Shown: one piece after another, positions 1-11,439 of the stretch
How positions within the stretch are numbered: the first letter of the stretch is position 1
Layout: every line of letters begins with the position of its first letter
Origin: Octopus sinensis
Lineage: Eukaryota
Length of the DNA stretch: 64,000 bases
Assembly: GCF_006345805.1 (NCBI RefSeq)
Contig: NC_043006.1
Location: 103,044,001-103,108,000 of the forward strand
Direction: 5' to 3'
Made by a program: the position numbers and the translations under genes
The notes under the pieces: generated by a model
Databases searched by the model: none
Told to the model about the DNA's origin: nothing
The model's input: only the letters and a program-made list of their open reading frames with translations

Positions 1-398
1 CTCTTACACCCAATTAGATATTGGCTATAATTAATTCTAGTTAATCTTCCGTAATACAGCGCATTTAGCCTTTTGTGTATAATTTGGTCTTAACTAATTT
101 AGCAAAATATTATTTAAAGAAAATATTAATTAATTCAAATTAAGCTAATAAATTATATTTGCTTATGTCAGTGTTTGTATATATATATATATATATATAT
201 GAAATTAATTAAGGGTAGAAATTGATATTTATCAATTAAGACCAGTGGTCTAGCATATTAAAAAAGAATCCGAAGATTAAAATATTTGATCTGTTTAAAA
301 TGTTTGATCTGAGAACATAATCTTTTGTGGTGAATGGCGATTTGACGTCTATATCTAGCATGTTGACTGTCCACTTTTCGTGTTCAGTCCTTAATTGG

Positions 399-443
<45 letters not shown>

Positions 444-968
444 ATGTATGTATATATATATATATGAATGTGTATGCATGTGTATATGTATTGGGGTATG
501 TGTAAAAGTGTGTGTTTAAATCTATTTCTACTCGTATGTAGCTGTCCTTATAAATTGTATATTGGTGTATGTATATGTGTTCTTAAATACTTCAATATAT
601 GAAAGAAGCTTTTGAATTTTAGCGAACATATATGTAATGCTAATTTGGTTTTCAGATTAACATACATTTATTGCAGCAGTTTGTTAACATAAAAATGAAA
701 TAGTTTAGAAAACTTTTTTCTCAAACTAATTTTTAGATTCAATTAATTATGGTGAGATATACCATTAAACATATTAAAACTCTACCTATATCTGCCTTTT
801 AGCTTTTTAAAATACTCTGAAATTATATTGTCAGAAATAAATTTGGTAGAAATTAATTTAGCTAGAATGTTGAAATATCATAGTGGTTTCTCAGTGCGGA
901 AAAACCGACTGGTTTAGATAAAAGTTCGATAGAATATTAAAGAAAATTTAGTAAAATTATATAACTGA

Positions 969-1361
969 CTAGCAGTATCGCCCGGCGTTGCTCGGGTTTG
1001 TAAGGGAAATAACTATATAAGCATTTTTAGAGATGTGAATTATAATAGCCATCTAAATATGGCTAACCACAAGGGGGGGGGGGTGTTACTGTAGATTTTT
1101 ACGTTCTGAGATTTAATAAATTTTTAGAGAGTTACTTCCCTTATATATGCCAAAAATGCATTAAAAATGGGAAAAATTGATGGTAAATTCTTTTTAAAAT
1201 CGTAGACTCATTGTAGACGCACGCTAATACCCAGAAGGGCTTGATATGAATCACGACTATAAGATACCCGGTTTTGGTTACACCGCATCGCAAAATGTGG
1301 GAGTAGTTAGGAATCTAAATTGTAGGAGACAGACACACAACTTCACTTTTATATATAAAGA
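969..1361 (-). mobile_element. Non-autonomous Helitron (rolling-circle transposon)
   Basis: The minus strand reads A|TCTTTATATATAAAAGTG...CCCGAGCAACGCCGGG (GC hairpin)-CGATACTG-CTAG|T. This gives the canonical TC start, subterminal hairpin, CTAG end and AT target. No Rep/helicase coding. Confidence 0.72.
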
Positions 1362-1825
1362 TATGTTTTGTCTTTTAGTTACGAGAGAAGGTAGTGCCTA
1401 TGATCTTTTAGAGAACCTTTCGGACTGGTGATAAGAGGAAAGTATCCTCAAACTGGAGATGTTCCCCGAATCCTTGCATCAAAATGGATTCCACTAAAGC
1501 ACCCGGGACGTCAGGTGGCGGTGTCGCGTTACGCAACGGATTAAGTCTACGATCTAAGTAGTTCATGGCAGGATTTGAACTCAGAACTTAAAGAACGGTA
1601 AGATATCTGTCTGATGTTTGTGCAATTCCATCAATCAAACCCTCTGGAACAGCCTTTTTTTGTTAATCACCTCCCGAAATAATGAAAGGCAGATTTGATC
1701 GCGGTATGATTTGAATTCAGAGCGCAAGACCCTGTATCTGATGGTGTAACGACTCGGCCAATTCGCTACCTCTCCACAAGCAAGGTGCCATCGACAATCG
1801 CTAGTTTAAGATATTTGATAATAAT

Positions 1826-2043
1826 GGTTTCAAATTTTGGCACAAAGCTAGCAGGTTTAGAAGAAGACGGTAAATCGATCACATCGCCCTCATTGCTCAA
1901 CTGGTACTTATTTTATGGACACCGAAAGAATAAAAAGGCAAAGTTGATCTCTGCGGAATTTGAACTCCCAATGTAAAGACGAACGAAATGCCGCTAAGCA
2001 GTTTGCCCGGCATCCTAACGATTGTGCCAGCTCGCCGCCTTAA
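1826..2043 (-). mobile_element. tRNA-derived SINE, family 1 (GGCGGCGAGCTGGCAGAA head)
   Basis: Reverse complement has A-box/B-box-like head (GAGCTGGC..., GAGTTCAAATTCC) and the central CCTTTCATCCTTTCGGGGTCGATAA-like block. Further degenerate copies near 1560-1790, 13840-14390, 20310-20430, 21990-22460, 25880-26020, 39650-39800, 44283-44365 and 61640-61915. Confidence 0.8.
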
Positions 2044-2138
2044 GGTAATTCATGCAAGTTTGTTTGTCTGATAGTGGCTACAACATATATATATTCACGT
2101 GAACAACGGAGTTAAATCCATTCACCCTATTGATGCAG

Positions 2139-2210
2139 ATATACCATGCCTCCAACTTAGTTGAAGATTACACTGGACTGTCCGACAGGGAGAGATTGAT
2201 TGTAAAGAAG
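2139..2210 (+). CDS. Candidate internal coding exon (IYHASNLVEDYTGLSDRERLIVKK), product unknown
   Basis: gatgcAG acceptor, AAG|GTATGT donor, 72 nt, phase 0/0, only one frame open, non-repetitive sequence. No homology confirmed. Confidence 0.3.
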
Positions 2211-2920
2211 GTATGTGCAGGTGTTGTTGACATGTTACATTTTCTCAACTGTCCTGTCTCTGTTCAAGTTCTTGTTGGAAGTTGCAGTTGTCGGTGGAAT
2301 TGCTGTTGTTATTGTTGTTGTTGCTGATGCTGCTGTTATTGTTGTTGCTTAGCTTATGATCTTTTAGTCGGGCTTTCGAAACTTATTGCTCGAAGAGAAG
2401 TTAGCATTAGAGCAGCGATCTGTTTGAAATACTTACAGCATAGTAAACGTTAAAGTCAACCAAGGACCGATGATAATATTGAACTGGATTAGGTCTTCGA
2501 GATATCAACATAAAGAGTAGCATCAACGGTTTTCTGCACAATAAAAGTTTACGCATAAAGCTTTGGTCTACTTGCGATATTGGTTGGAGACTCATACCCG
2601 GTACGCGAATTAAAAAAAAACTTGGACTTAGACTAGAACATTTCTTTCTGGTACCTTCTTAATAAAAAATTCTTCCAACGTCAGATAATATCATATAATT
2701 AGATAAATGTGTAAGACAAAAGGAATAAGCGATAAAACTTACCCTACTGTATGACTGGTATATAATATATCAACGCTGAGGCTGAATGAGGACAACAGCA
2801 GAAATTCAGTGGAAAACAGAAAGCAGAAATACGTTACTAAATAAAGCAATGTGTTTAGTCCGGCAATCTAATATATAATGAATGATATAACTTGATATAA
2901 TATTAAGTATAACATTATAT

Positions 2921-3348
2921 ATTCTTTTATTCTTTTACTTAATTCAGCAGTCATTTGACTGCGGCTATGCTGGAGCACCGCCTTAATGTCTTTTGTTTAG
3001 TTGAAGAAATCGACCCCGGGACTTATTCTATCGGTCCTTTTTGCCGAACGGCTAGGTTACGGGGGACGTAAATAGACCGACATCTGTAGTCGAGCGATAG
3101 TGGGGGAGGGAATACAGACACAAAAACACACCAACTTAAATATATACACACACAGAGACCCCCCCACATACACACACAGACTCCCCCACCCCCCACATAT
3201 ATATGGCGGATTCTTTCAGCTTCCGTCTACCAAATCCACTGACAAGGCTGTGGTCGGCCCGAGACTATAGTAGAAGACACTTGCCCAAGGTGCCACGCAA
3301 TGGAACTGAATCCGTAACCATGTGATTGGGAAGCAAGCTTCTTGCTAC
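2921..3348 (-). mobile_element. tRNA-derived SINE, family 2 (CORE-like GGCACCTTGGGCAAGTGTCTT block)
   Basis: Reverse complement matches the intact plus-strand copy at 53412-53810: head, CORE-like block, internal (TG)n tract and AAAAGAGT/AAAAGAAT tail. Confidence 0.8.
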
Positions 3349-4459
3349 GATATTACATTATTTTACATTATCTTTATGATTAATAATTAATATTAAACGG
3401 CATTGTTTTTCAATATGTATACAAATGATAATGCCACAGTTTTTATCGATACCGATGATTTATGTACAATGTGCCAAAAGAGAATTCTTAGCTACAAACA
3501 ACTCTGAGTTCCGACTTTAAACAGCTTAAGTTACTGTTATAAAGACATTTTATGTAGTTGCTAATCCTTTGAAAATACGAGTATCTGCATTCCATGTAAG
3601 AAACCAGAACATATAAAAATTTGAATACCGTATGGTCTGGAAGAGAAACGGAATATTGCCAAAAATCTTACATATTTTGGCATGTTTCAAGACTGCATTC
3701 TAATAGTAAAAATGAATAAATAACTATAATTTTTCAAAGCTTGCAATTTATGGTCCAAATGAATATATAGAATACTATTACAAAAGCTAACAACGTTCAC
3801 GTAGGTATATAGGTCGCGAAACGCTCAGTATATTTGCTTTTGCTACTTAAATGCAGAACATGTGTGTCTAATGAGGTGGACCCTAACACGGATTCTACTG
3901 TGAACGTTCTCAATTAGACAGACTCATTTACAGCCCATTATCATAAACGGATTGAAATTAATATTTAACGGCTGGCTGGTTTTGTTTGATTTCCTATAAA
4001 GAGGAATGTCGGCAAAGATGAAAAATAAGAGTAGTTTCTTTAACGAAATGTAATCTCTGCTTTGCAAAATATGACTGCAAATACGAAAAGATGAAAGTTA
4101 AGAGCTTCATGATATCTATTGTTCTAGATTATTTTTTATCAATATTTTACCTACATACAACAACGACAGTGAAGATTAAGAAATATTCCACCAATGCCAG
4201 TATGAACATAGAAACAGCGGTTAATATTTCAGACTTCTAAAAGTCCACACATACCGGGTTGGAATGTCTTATTCGGCTTGGTTTAGCTCGAAACACTAAC
4301 GCAAATTGGGTCCATAAGACAAAATCCTATTTGTATGCGCACGGGACACTACAACCCATGACCCACCTGCTGGTTTACTCATTTACGAATTCTTGTTTCG
4401 ATGGTTTGAGAGATAACACAAAGAGCATGCAAGATTGCGTGAACAAGATGGAAGGAATA

Positions 4460-4505
4460 AAATAAATAAATAAATAAATACATAAATAAATAAATAAATA
4501 ATAAA

Positions 4506-4537
<32 letters not shown>

Positions 4538-4539
4538 TG

Positions 4540-4608
<69 letters not shown>

Positions 4609-4635
4609 TTAATAATAATAATATTTATAATAATA

Positions 4636-4666
<31 letters not shown>

Positions 4667-4690
4667 CATAATAATAATAATAATAATAAT
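4460..4690. repeat. (AAAT)n/(AAT)n microsatellite
   Basis: Directly visible. It produces the spurious poly-Ile/poly-Tyr ORF 4383-4766. Confidence 0.97.
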
Positions 4691-6075
4691 ATACGAAATT
4701 GACAGAAATATACGAAATTGACAGAAAAATACGTAATTGACAGAAAAATACGAAAACTGTTGACAATGCATAGAATGCACCACCCTAAGGCAGATACAGA
4801 ACGACTTTATCTGCCAAGAAAAGAGGGAGGCCGTGGACTTTTACAACAGTCAATAACAATGAAGATTGCTACAATTGGCCTAGACACCTACCTGAAAAAC
4901 TCTGAGGACTGGATGTTAAAACTTGTTTCAAAACATGAAAACAAGAAAGCATCATACTCAGTAACAAAACAGGCAAAGGAATATCTAAGTGAATTCCGAA
5001 TACAACAAATTTCGGAATTAGAGATTGACATACAAAAAACAAGCACAGAAAAAGCTAAGCGCATGAAAACCCGTGCTAAAACTGCGGCCTTAGATATTCT
5101 GAATGATAAATGGCAAGAAAAACCTCTCTATGGCAAATACCCAAAGAGAGCGAATAATGCAGATGTTGACAAAGCCCTGATCCATCAATGGCTAATGGCT
5201 TCTGGCTTAAAATCTGAAACAAGGATTTATCATAGCAGCTCAAGATCAATGCCTACCAACAAGAAACTACCAGGCCAACATATTAAAGAACGGCAGTAGC
5301 CCAATATGTCGTGTATGTCAACAACAAAATGAAACCATTGATCATGTTGTCTCCAAGTGCAGCCTTCTAGCGCCAACAGAGTATCTCAACAGGCATCATA
5401 GAGCTGCACAATATATTCACTGGGTAATTTGCAAAAACCTGGATTTGCCCCATGAAAAAAACTGGTGGGAACACAAATCACCTCCAGTGCTTGAAAATGA
5501 TCACATCTCACTCCTCTGGAACTTCACCATTCAAACTGACAGAAAGATAGATGCAAATAGGCCAGACATCATATTGAAAGACTTCAGACAAAGAACATGC
5601 CTCCTCATTGATATGACTGTCCCAATCGATATAAACGTATCTGTCAAGACCTACTAAAAACTGAGCAAATATAAAGATCTTGAAATAGAAATCAGCAAAA
5701 TGTGGAACCTGAAGACTAAGACAATACCTGTTGTCATAGGTGCCCTGGGAATGATAGCAAAAGGGGCTGATTGCTACCTAACTCAGATACCAGGAAACCC
5801 CAAAATGGCAGAAATTCAAAAGATAGTGCTCATATCATACTTTCTCTGTAATCTCAAGTTTTAAAACAAACATAATTTTCGCTTTTTTTATATTTTAAAA
5901 CATTTTAAAATTTTTTTTTAGACATTCACCAAAAGAACCCCCAAATATATGGCACACTAGGCATAACAGCAACATGAACTTCCAACCTGTTGTCTCCTGA
6001 GGTCTCTGGGTGAGACTTGGAGCCAACTTGTACAGACATAAAGCAAAAGTCAAACAGAATAATAATAATAATAAC
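4691..6075 (+). mobile_element. 5'-truncated R4/Dong-like non-LTR retrotransposon (restriction-like endonuclease), pseudogenised
   Basis: Translation gives IDRKIRKLLTMHRMHHPKADTERLYLPRKEGGRGL (RT thumb), the zinc knuckle CRVCQQQNETIDHVVSKC and the RLE motif RPDIILKD...IDMTVP. One frameshift near 5220 and internal stops. The 3' UTR ends in (AAT)n and both flanks are TAA repeats. Confidence 0.87.
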
Positions 6076-6199
6076 TTCCCTGATGCAGTACCAGGCGCTG
6101 GCTCTCATGGCTTTTGAACTTAGCTAATTTGAAGTGTTATCATGTAGATGTTTTGTGTTTGTATAAAAGATGGGCTACAGCAAATATTCTGCTCAGTAC

Positions 6200-6545
6200 C
6201 ACAGATTTGCTTGTCAGTTGCTTGACCGTAACCAGCCTAGATTAGTCAACAGATCCACTACTATTTTATTGCAAGACAACGTCAGACCACACAACGTAAA
6301 AGTGACATTGGTGAAATTACAGGAGTTGGAGTTGGAAGTTCGCCATCCTCCATCACACTGACCTGATCTTGCCCCCACTGACTACCATTTCTTCCAGAAT
6401 TTAGATAACTTTTTGATAGGAAAAGAATTCCAAGATTTTATTGACTCTAGATTGCCAAGCTTTTCTAGTTCCGGGCTGGACAAGTTACTGCTGAAATGGC
6501 AAAATTGTATTGACAATATGGGTGTATACCTTGATGAATAAAACT
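6200..6545 (+). mobile_element. mariner (DD34D) transposase C-terminal fragment
   Basis: ILLQDNVRPH...HPPSH*PDLAPTDYHFFQNLDNFL...KWQNCIDNMGVY, a degenerate DNARPH/YSPDLAPxD motif set. Confidence 0.82.
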
Positions 6546-6579
6546 ATTCCTGTATTTATAAAATTTCATACTTGACGAC

Positions 6580-6620
<41 letters not shown>

Positions 6621-6691
6621 TATATATATATATATACACATATAATGTATATATACATATATATATATACATGTACATGTTTATATATTAT

Positions 6692-6733
<42 letters not shown>

Positions 6734-6758
6734 TACATATATATATATATTATATAAT

Positions 6759-7020
6759 ATAATTCGAGACAAACCACTATTTTAAACCAAACAAGAAAAG
6801 ACTTAGTCAATACATAAAATTTTAATATAAATTAAATAAATTATTTTATTTAATTTATATTAAAATTTTATGTATTGATTAAGTCTTTTCTTGTTTGGTT
6901 TTAAAATAGTGGTTTTGTCTCGAATTATATTAGATAATATTTTACTATAAAATTGGATTTAACAACCTAAATCTGATTTTTTCCCTGTAATTTGGGATTC
7001 ATTCCCTAATATTTATTATA
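6759..7020. repeat. AT-rich ~170-bp palindrome plus shared tail (family also at 27139-27390)
   Basis: Arms 6759-6840 and 6845-6928 (4-nt loop, one mismatch, two 1-bp indels). The tail ATTTTACTATAAAATTGGATT...CCCTAATATTTATT is shared with the second copy. Confidence 0.9.
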
Positions 7021-7076
7021 TATATATATATAAACCTATACATGTATATATATAAATGCATATATATAAACGTATG

Positions 7077-7109
<33 letters not shown>

Positions 7110-7124
7110 ATATATATATATGTA

Positions 7125-7182
<58 letters not shown>

Positions 7183-7184
7183 AT

Positions 7185-7661
7185 AATAAATATAAGAGAG
7201 TGGTCACTATATGGCTCACTCTAGCACCGTAATCCAAAAGGTTTCAACCACAAAATACATGTTTCCCATGAAAGTCAGTACGATTGTTAGCTCACACGGA
7301 CAGGGCAAATAAAAATAACAAATACAGATTATTTTGGACAATTGTTTCGCTATTAATGAATTAAATGTATTTTTACTTACAAAAAAATCCACTTGTAGCT
7401 CGTCAGCCAAACTATCTGGATGAATCCACTCAATCACACGCCAGATTTTACCATAACGATAAATACGCGTGTGGTTCAATTGATTACATCCGACGTTATA
7501 ATTCAAATGCCCCAACTACAGCGCGCCAAACTTATTTGCCCTGTCCGTGTGAGCTAACAATCGTACTGACTTTCATGGGAAACATGTATTTTGTGGTTGA
7601 AACCTTTTGGATTAACTGGTGCTAGAGTGAGCCATATAGTGACCACTCTCTTATATTTATT
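7185..7661. mobile_element. Fold-back/MITE-like element with ~128-bp TIRs
   Basis: 7185-7312 is the reverse complement of 7532-7661 apart from a 2-bp indel. ~220-bp non-coding spacer. No clear TSD; left end abuts (TA)n. Confidence 0.75.
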
Positions 7662-8872
7662 TTGTAAAAATTATAATATATATAAAATATTATAATAATC
7701 CAGGTTTTCTCGGAGCACTAGGCCACTTGTGTTGAATAGATATACTATTAAATTAGTATCTAATTCTCTCACCCTTATTAATTATATATATTATATATAT
7801 ATATATGGATATATGCAACTTAATTTTGTCTCTGCTCGTTCTAATAATGTTATGAGATAATCGTAAACACAGACACTCACACATAAACACACATATTTGG
7901 GATTAAATTACTTCGGTTGGAGCTCCCGAGCCATCTCAACTTCAATTTTCCTCCCATTCCATATAATCTATAGCTTAATGACCAGCAATCTGCTCTATAA
8001 CCTATCTCTATTACGATTTTCTTTGTACAAAGGATTTTTTTCTCACCAACCATAATTATATCTCCACTGGCCTCATTATTGCCTAATTTCCTAACTTTTA
8101 TAGCTATCATTTCCCTAAACAGCTGTTTTCTTTTCCTCTATTGCATTTCATTATTTTAACACATTAACTACATATAAAAGATTTTTAACGAATTTTTGTG
8201 AACGTTTCTAATATATTCTATTTTAAGTTGAATAACCTCAGGTTAATTATTCTTAATAATTATCAATTATTAATTCATTCTAATTATTATACCGCCTTAA
8301 CTAGCCTTATTTTTATAACTGTTGTATTTCTCCTAAAATATTCTCTGTGGACATCAATTTTTACAGATATGCGTTTAGCGTGCGCGTTTGTGCCGTATCC
8401 TTACACGCCATCCTTCTCATCTGTCCCTTTCAACCTACACTGCTTTTACAATTACCTCCAATTTCTGTCCTCGCTCTCACTTTCTCCTCTCTCCTTTACT
8501 CTTGTCATGCCCACTCGCATATCGGCTCTTTCTCTCATTTGAAAAGTTTGCACATTGTATTGTATATAGAATATGCTAAACGACTCTAAATTATATTGAT
8601 TTTAATTTTAACGGTTTAATCGTGTTAAGTGATTTCAGTTTTCATAACCAATTAATTATATAACTTCCTCACAGTTTGAAAAGAAAATATTGTTTTGACA
8701 TGTATTATTTTCTACCCAAGTGATTAGTTAGTAGTTAGGACGTTGTACTCACGATCATGAATTCGTGGGTTCATTCACGGATCGCGGTGCGCGTTTCCGA
8801 TCACTTTTACCTTTGGCGTGCGAAACACCGTGCATCCGTACCCGCGATGACAATCAGCTGGCGAGAGGGCAT

Positions 8873-9123
8873 TTACTCTTACTCTCTTTACTCTTTTACT
8901 TGTTTCAGTCATTAAACTGCGGCCAAGCTGCAGCACCGCTTTTAGTCGAAGAAATCGACCCCAGGACTTATTTATTGTTAGCCTAGTACTAATTCTATCG
9001 CTCTCTTTGCCCGAACCGCTAAGTTACGGGGACGTAAACACATCAGCATCGGCTGTCAAGCGATGTTGGGGGGACAAACACAGACACAAACACACACACA
9101 CACACACACACATACATACACAC

Positions 9124-9207
<84 letters not shown>

Positions 9208-9305
9208 CGACGGGCTTCTTTCAGTTTCTGTCTACCAAATCCACTCACAAGTCTTTGGTCGGCCCGAGGCAATAGTAGAAGACACTTGCCCAAGGTGCCA
9301 CGCAG
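8873..9305 (-). mobile_element. SINE family 2 (CORE-like)
   Basis: Same consensus as 53412-53810 in reverse. Other copies at 17340-17670(-), 19590-19850(+, partial), 25330-25750(-), 27505-27825(-), 37205-37510(-), 44428-44578(+), 46245-46435(-), 59870-60060(-), 60560-60715(-). Confidence 0.82.
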
Positions 9306-9606
9306 AAATATGCAGCAGAAATATTTGCTCACTATGGAAAAAAAGTCATGTCTGCAGGTAGTTCAGCAAGGAATTGGAGATCCGTCTTTTTCGGGCCAAG
9401 AAACTACCATTAATTAATTAACCTAGTCTTAACATCTACGTGACCAAATACTAACCTTCTACTAACAACTTCACAACTCTTTCCTTACTAACACCCATTC
9501 TCTCTCCAACCTTCAACGCCTACTTGTATCTTCTATGATTTCTTTTCTTTTCCACACTTCTACTCTTTTCTCTCTATTTCCTTCCAGTCACTTTCACGAA
9601 TCACCA

Positions 9607-10990
9607 AAAGGCCTCTTTTTTGGAGAGGGCTTCTATTTTTTTATCTAATTTAAGTTTAGCGGCGATGACGCTAGCTTCTTTATTAATTTCGTTATATGTC
9701 TGTGCCCTAGCCTTAGTATAATTATTAATGATACTGTTGTGTAAGAGTTGTGTGTATTTGCTGTTATCTACCAGAGGCCTTTATTACTATTAAAGATCAC
9801 AAAGAGAACTTCCTTTCCAACCCTAAATGTAGGCTTATCAACCCAGCCAAGTCAGAACTTGGGATTATTAGCAAAGAAATTTTAGATAAAATAAATACGA
9901 AAATTAAGACCGATACTAGGCTAGTACAATGGTCCAATAGTATAGAAGTCGTAGACTGGTTTAAAGCTATTAAGAATAAGAAAAAAGCGAGGTTTACACA
10001 ATTCGATATTGTTGATTTTTATGCCTCTATCTCTAAAGAACTGCTAGATAAAGCCCTCATCTTCGCTAGTGACTTCATAGAAATTAGTACCAATGATAAG
10101 GACATAATCTTCCATGCTAGAAAGACATTACTTTTCAGTGAGAACGCAAAGTGGGTAAAAAACACCGACACAGAGGGCGCTTTCGATGTGAGCATGGGTT
10201 CATATGATGGGGCAGGCATCTGTGATCTAATTGGACTTTTTCTCCTAGATACCTTAGGTAAGACATTCCCTAACGTACATTTCGCCATCTACAAAGATGA
10301 TGCCCTCGCCTTAACAGCTAATACAAATGGACCAGCACAAGATCGTTTTAGGAAGGATATTATCCAGTTAATGAAACACTTCGGACTTAGTATAACTATA
10401 GATACTAACCTGACGGTTGTCAATTTCTTAGACGTTTCCTTAGATCTTAATAAGAATATTTATAAGCCTTATAGGAAGCCCAATGATAGACTAAGTTATA
10501 TTAATGTAGGTTCATGCCATCCCCCTATAGTATTCAAAAATTTAGTTAAAAATATTAATAAGAGGATTTCTAGCCTCTCATCTGATGAGGACATCTTCAA
10601 TAGCGTTGCCCCAGTTTATAATAAGGCTTTAAAAGATAGTGGTTTTAGCGAAAAAATAAAATATGCACCTATCACTAGCCCAACAGTGAGGAAAAGGAAT
10701 AATAGAAATAGGAAGGTCATCTGGTTTACGCCCCCTTACTCACCCGAGGTGGCCTTCAATATAGGTAAATATTTCCTAGCACTGATAGATAGACATTTTC
10801 CAGTTAACCATACTTATAGGAAACTCTTCAATATACACAATTTAAAAATTAGTTTTAGTTCAACTACCAATTTTAAAAACATAATCAAACATAACATACA
10901 AAAAACACAAGAAGAAAACAGCTGTTCATGCAGGAATAAAGAATTGTGCCCGCTAAATGGAGCTTGCATGTCCGAGACCATCATATATGG
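9607..10990 (+). mobile_element. Penelope-like element reverse transcriptase, 5'-inverted and lacking GIY-YIG
   Basis: ORF gives FITIKDHKENFLSNPKCRLINPAKSELG, FDIVDFYASI, MGSYDGAGICDLIG, YKDDAL, VNFLDVSLDL and Cys-rich CSCRNKELCPLNGAC, all PLE RT/linker motifs. Similarity stops near the expected start of the endonuclease. Segment 9607-9774 is the upstream part of the same ORF on the minus strand. Confidence 0.87.
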
Positions 10991-11398
10991 AGAGATGGCT
11001 TATCTGGAAAAGCAGCTTAGACCCTACTACATGTCTAAATACAAGGACAGAGCTTTTCGGATCATGCCCACATGTGACTAAATTTCTGTTACGGTTTTGG
11101 TCCCCTAAAGAAAACAGATAGAACATGCTTTCTATGTTATGTCCCAAGAAGAATTTATATATTTTTATATATTTTTATATATTTTTTATGTATTTTTATA
11201 TAATTTTTATGACGAAAAATGCGAGCGATGTATAAGTACGCAGGCAAGCAGAGTTATAACAGAGTAATTTCCCTTTATTTAACGGTATTTTTTCATAACG
11301 TTTTCAAATAGCCAGATAACCGAAGAGATGGTGTTGTGAATTTCCAATTCGGCATCTGAAACTCAGAGTTTTATCTTGACTACCGAGTAATGTAACAT

Positions 11399-11439
<41 letters not shown>

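Noticed and set aside
4383-4766. 127-aa poly-Tyr/poly-Ile ORF, and the many [16 protein letters not shown] ORFs throughout the track
   Set aside because: Translations of (AAT)n, (TA)n, (TG)n and (TATC)n microsatellites, with no coding signal.
9750-11081. 443-aa ORF as a host gene
   Set aside because: It is a PLE RT. Its N-terminus comes from the inverted segment and its C-terminus from unrelated flank.
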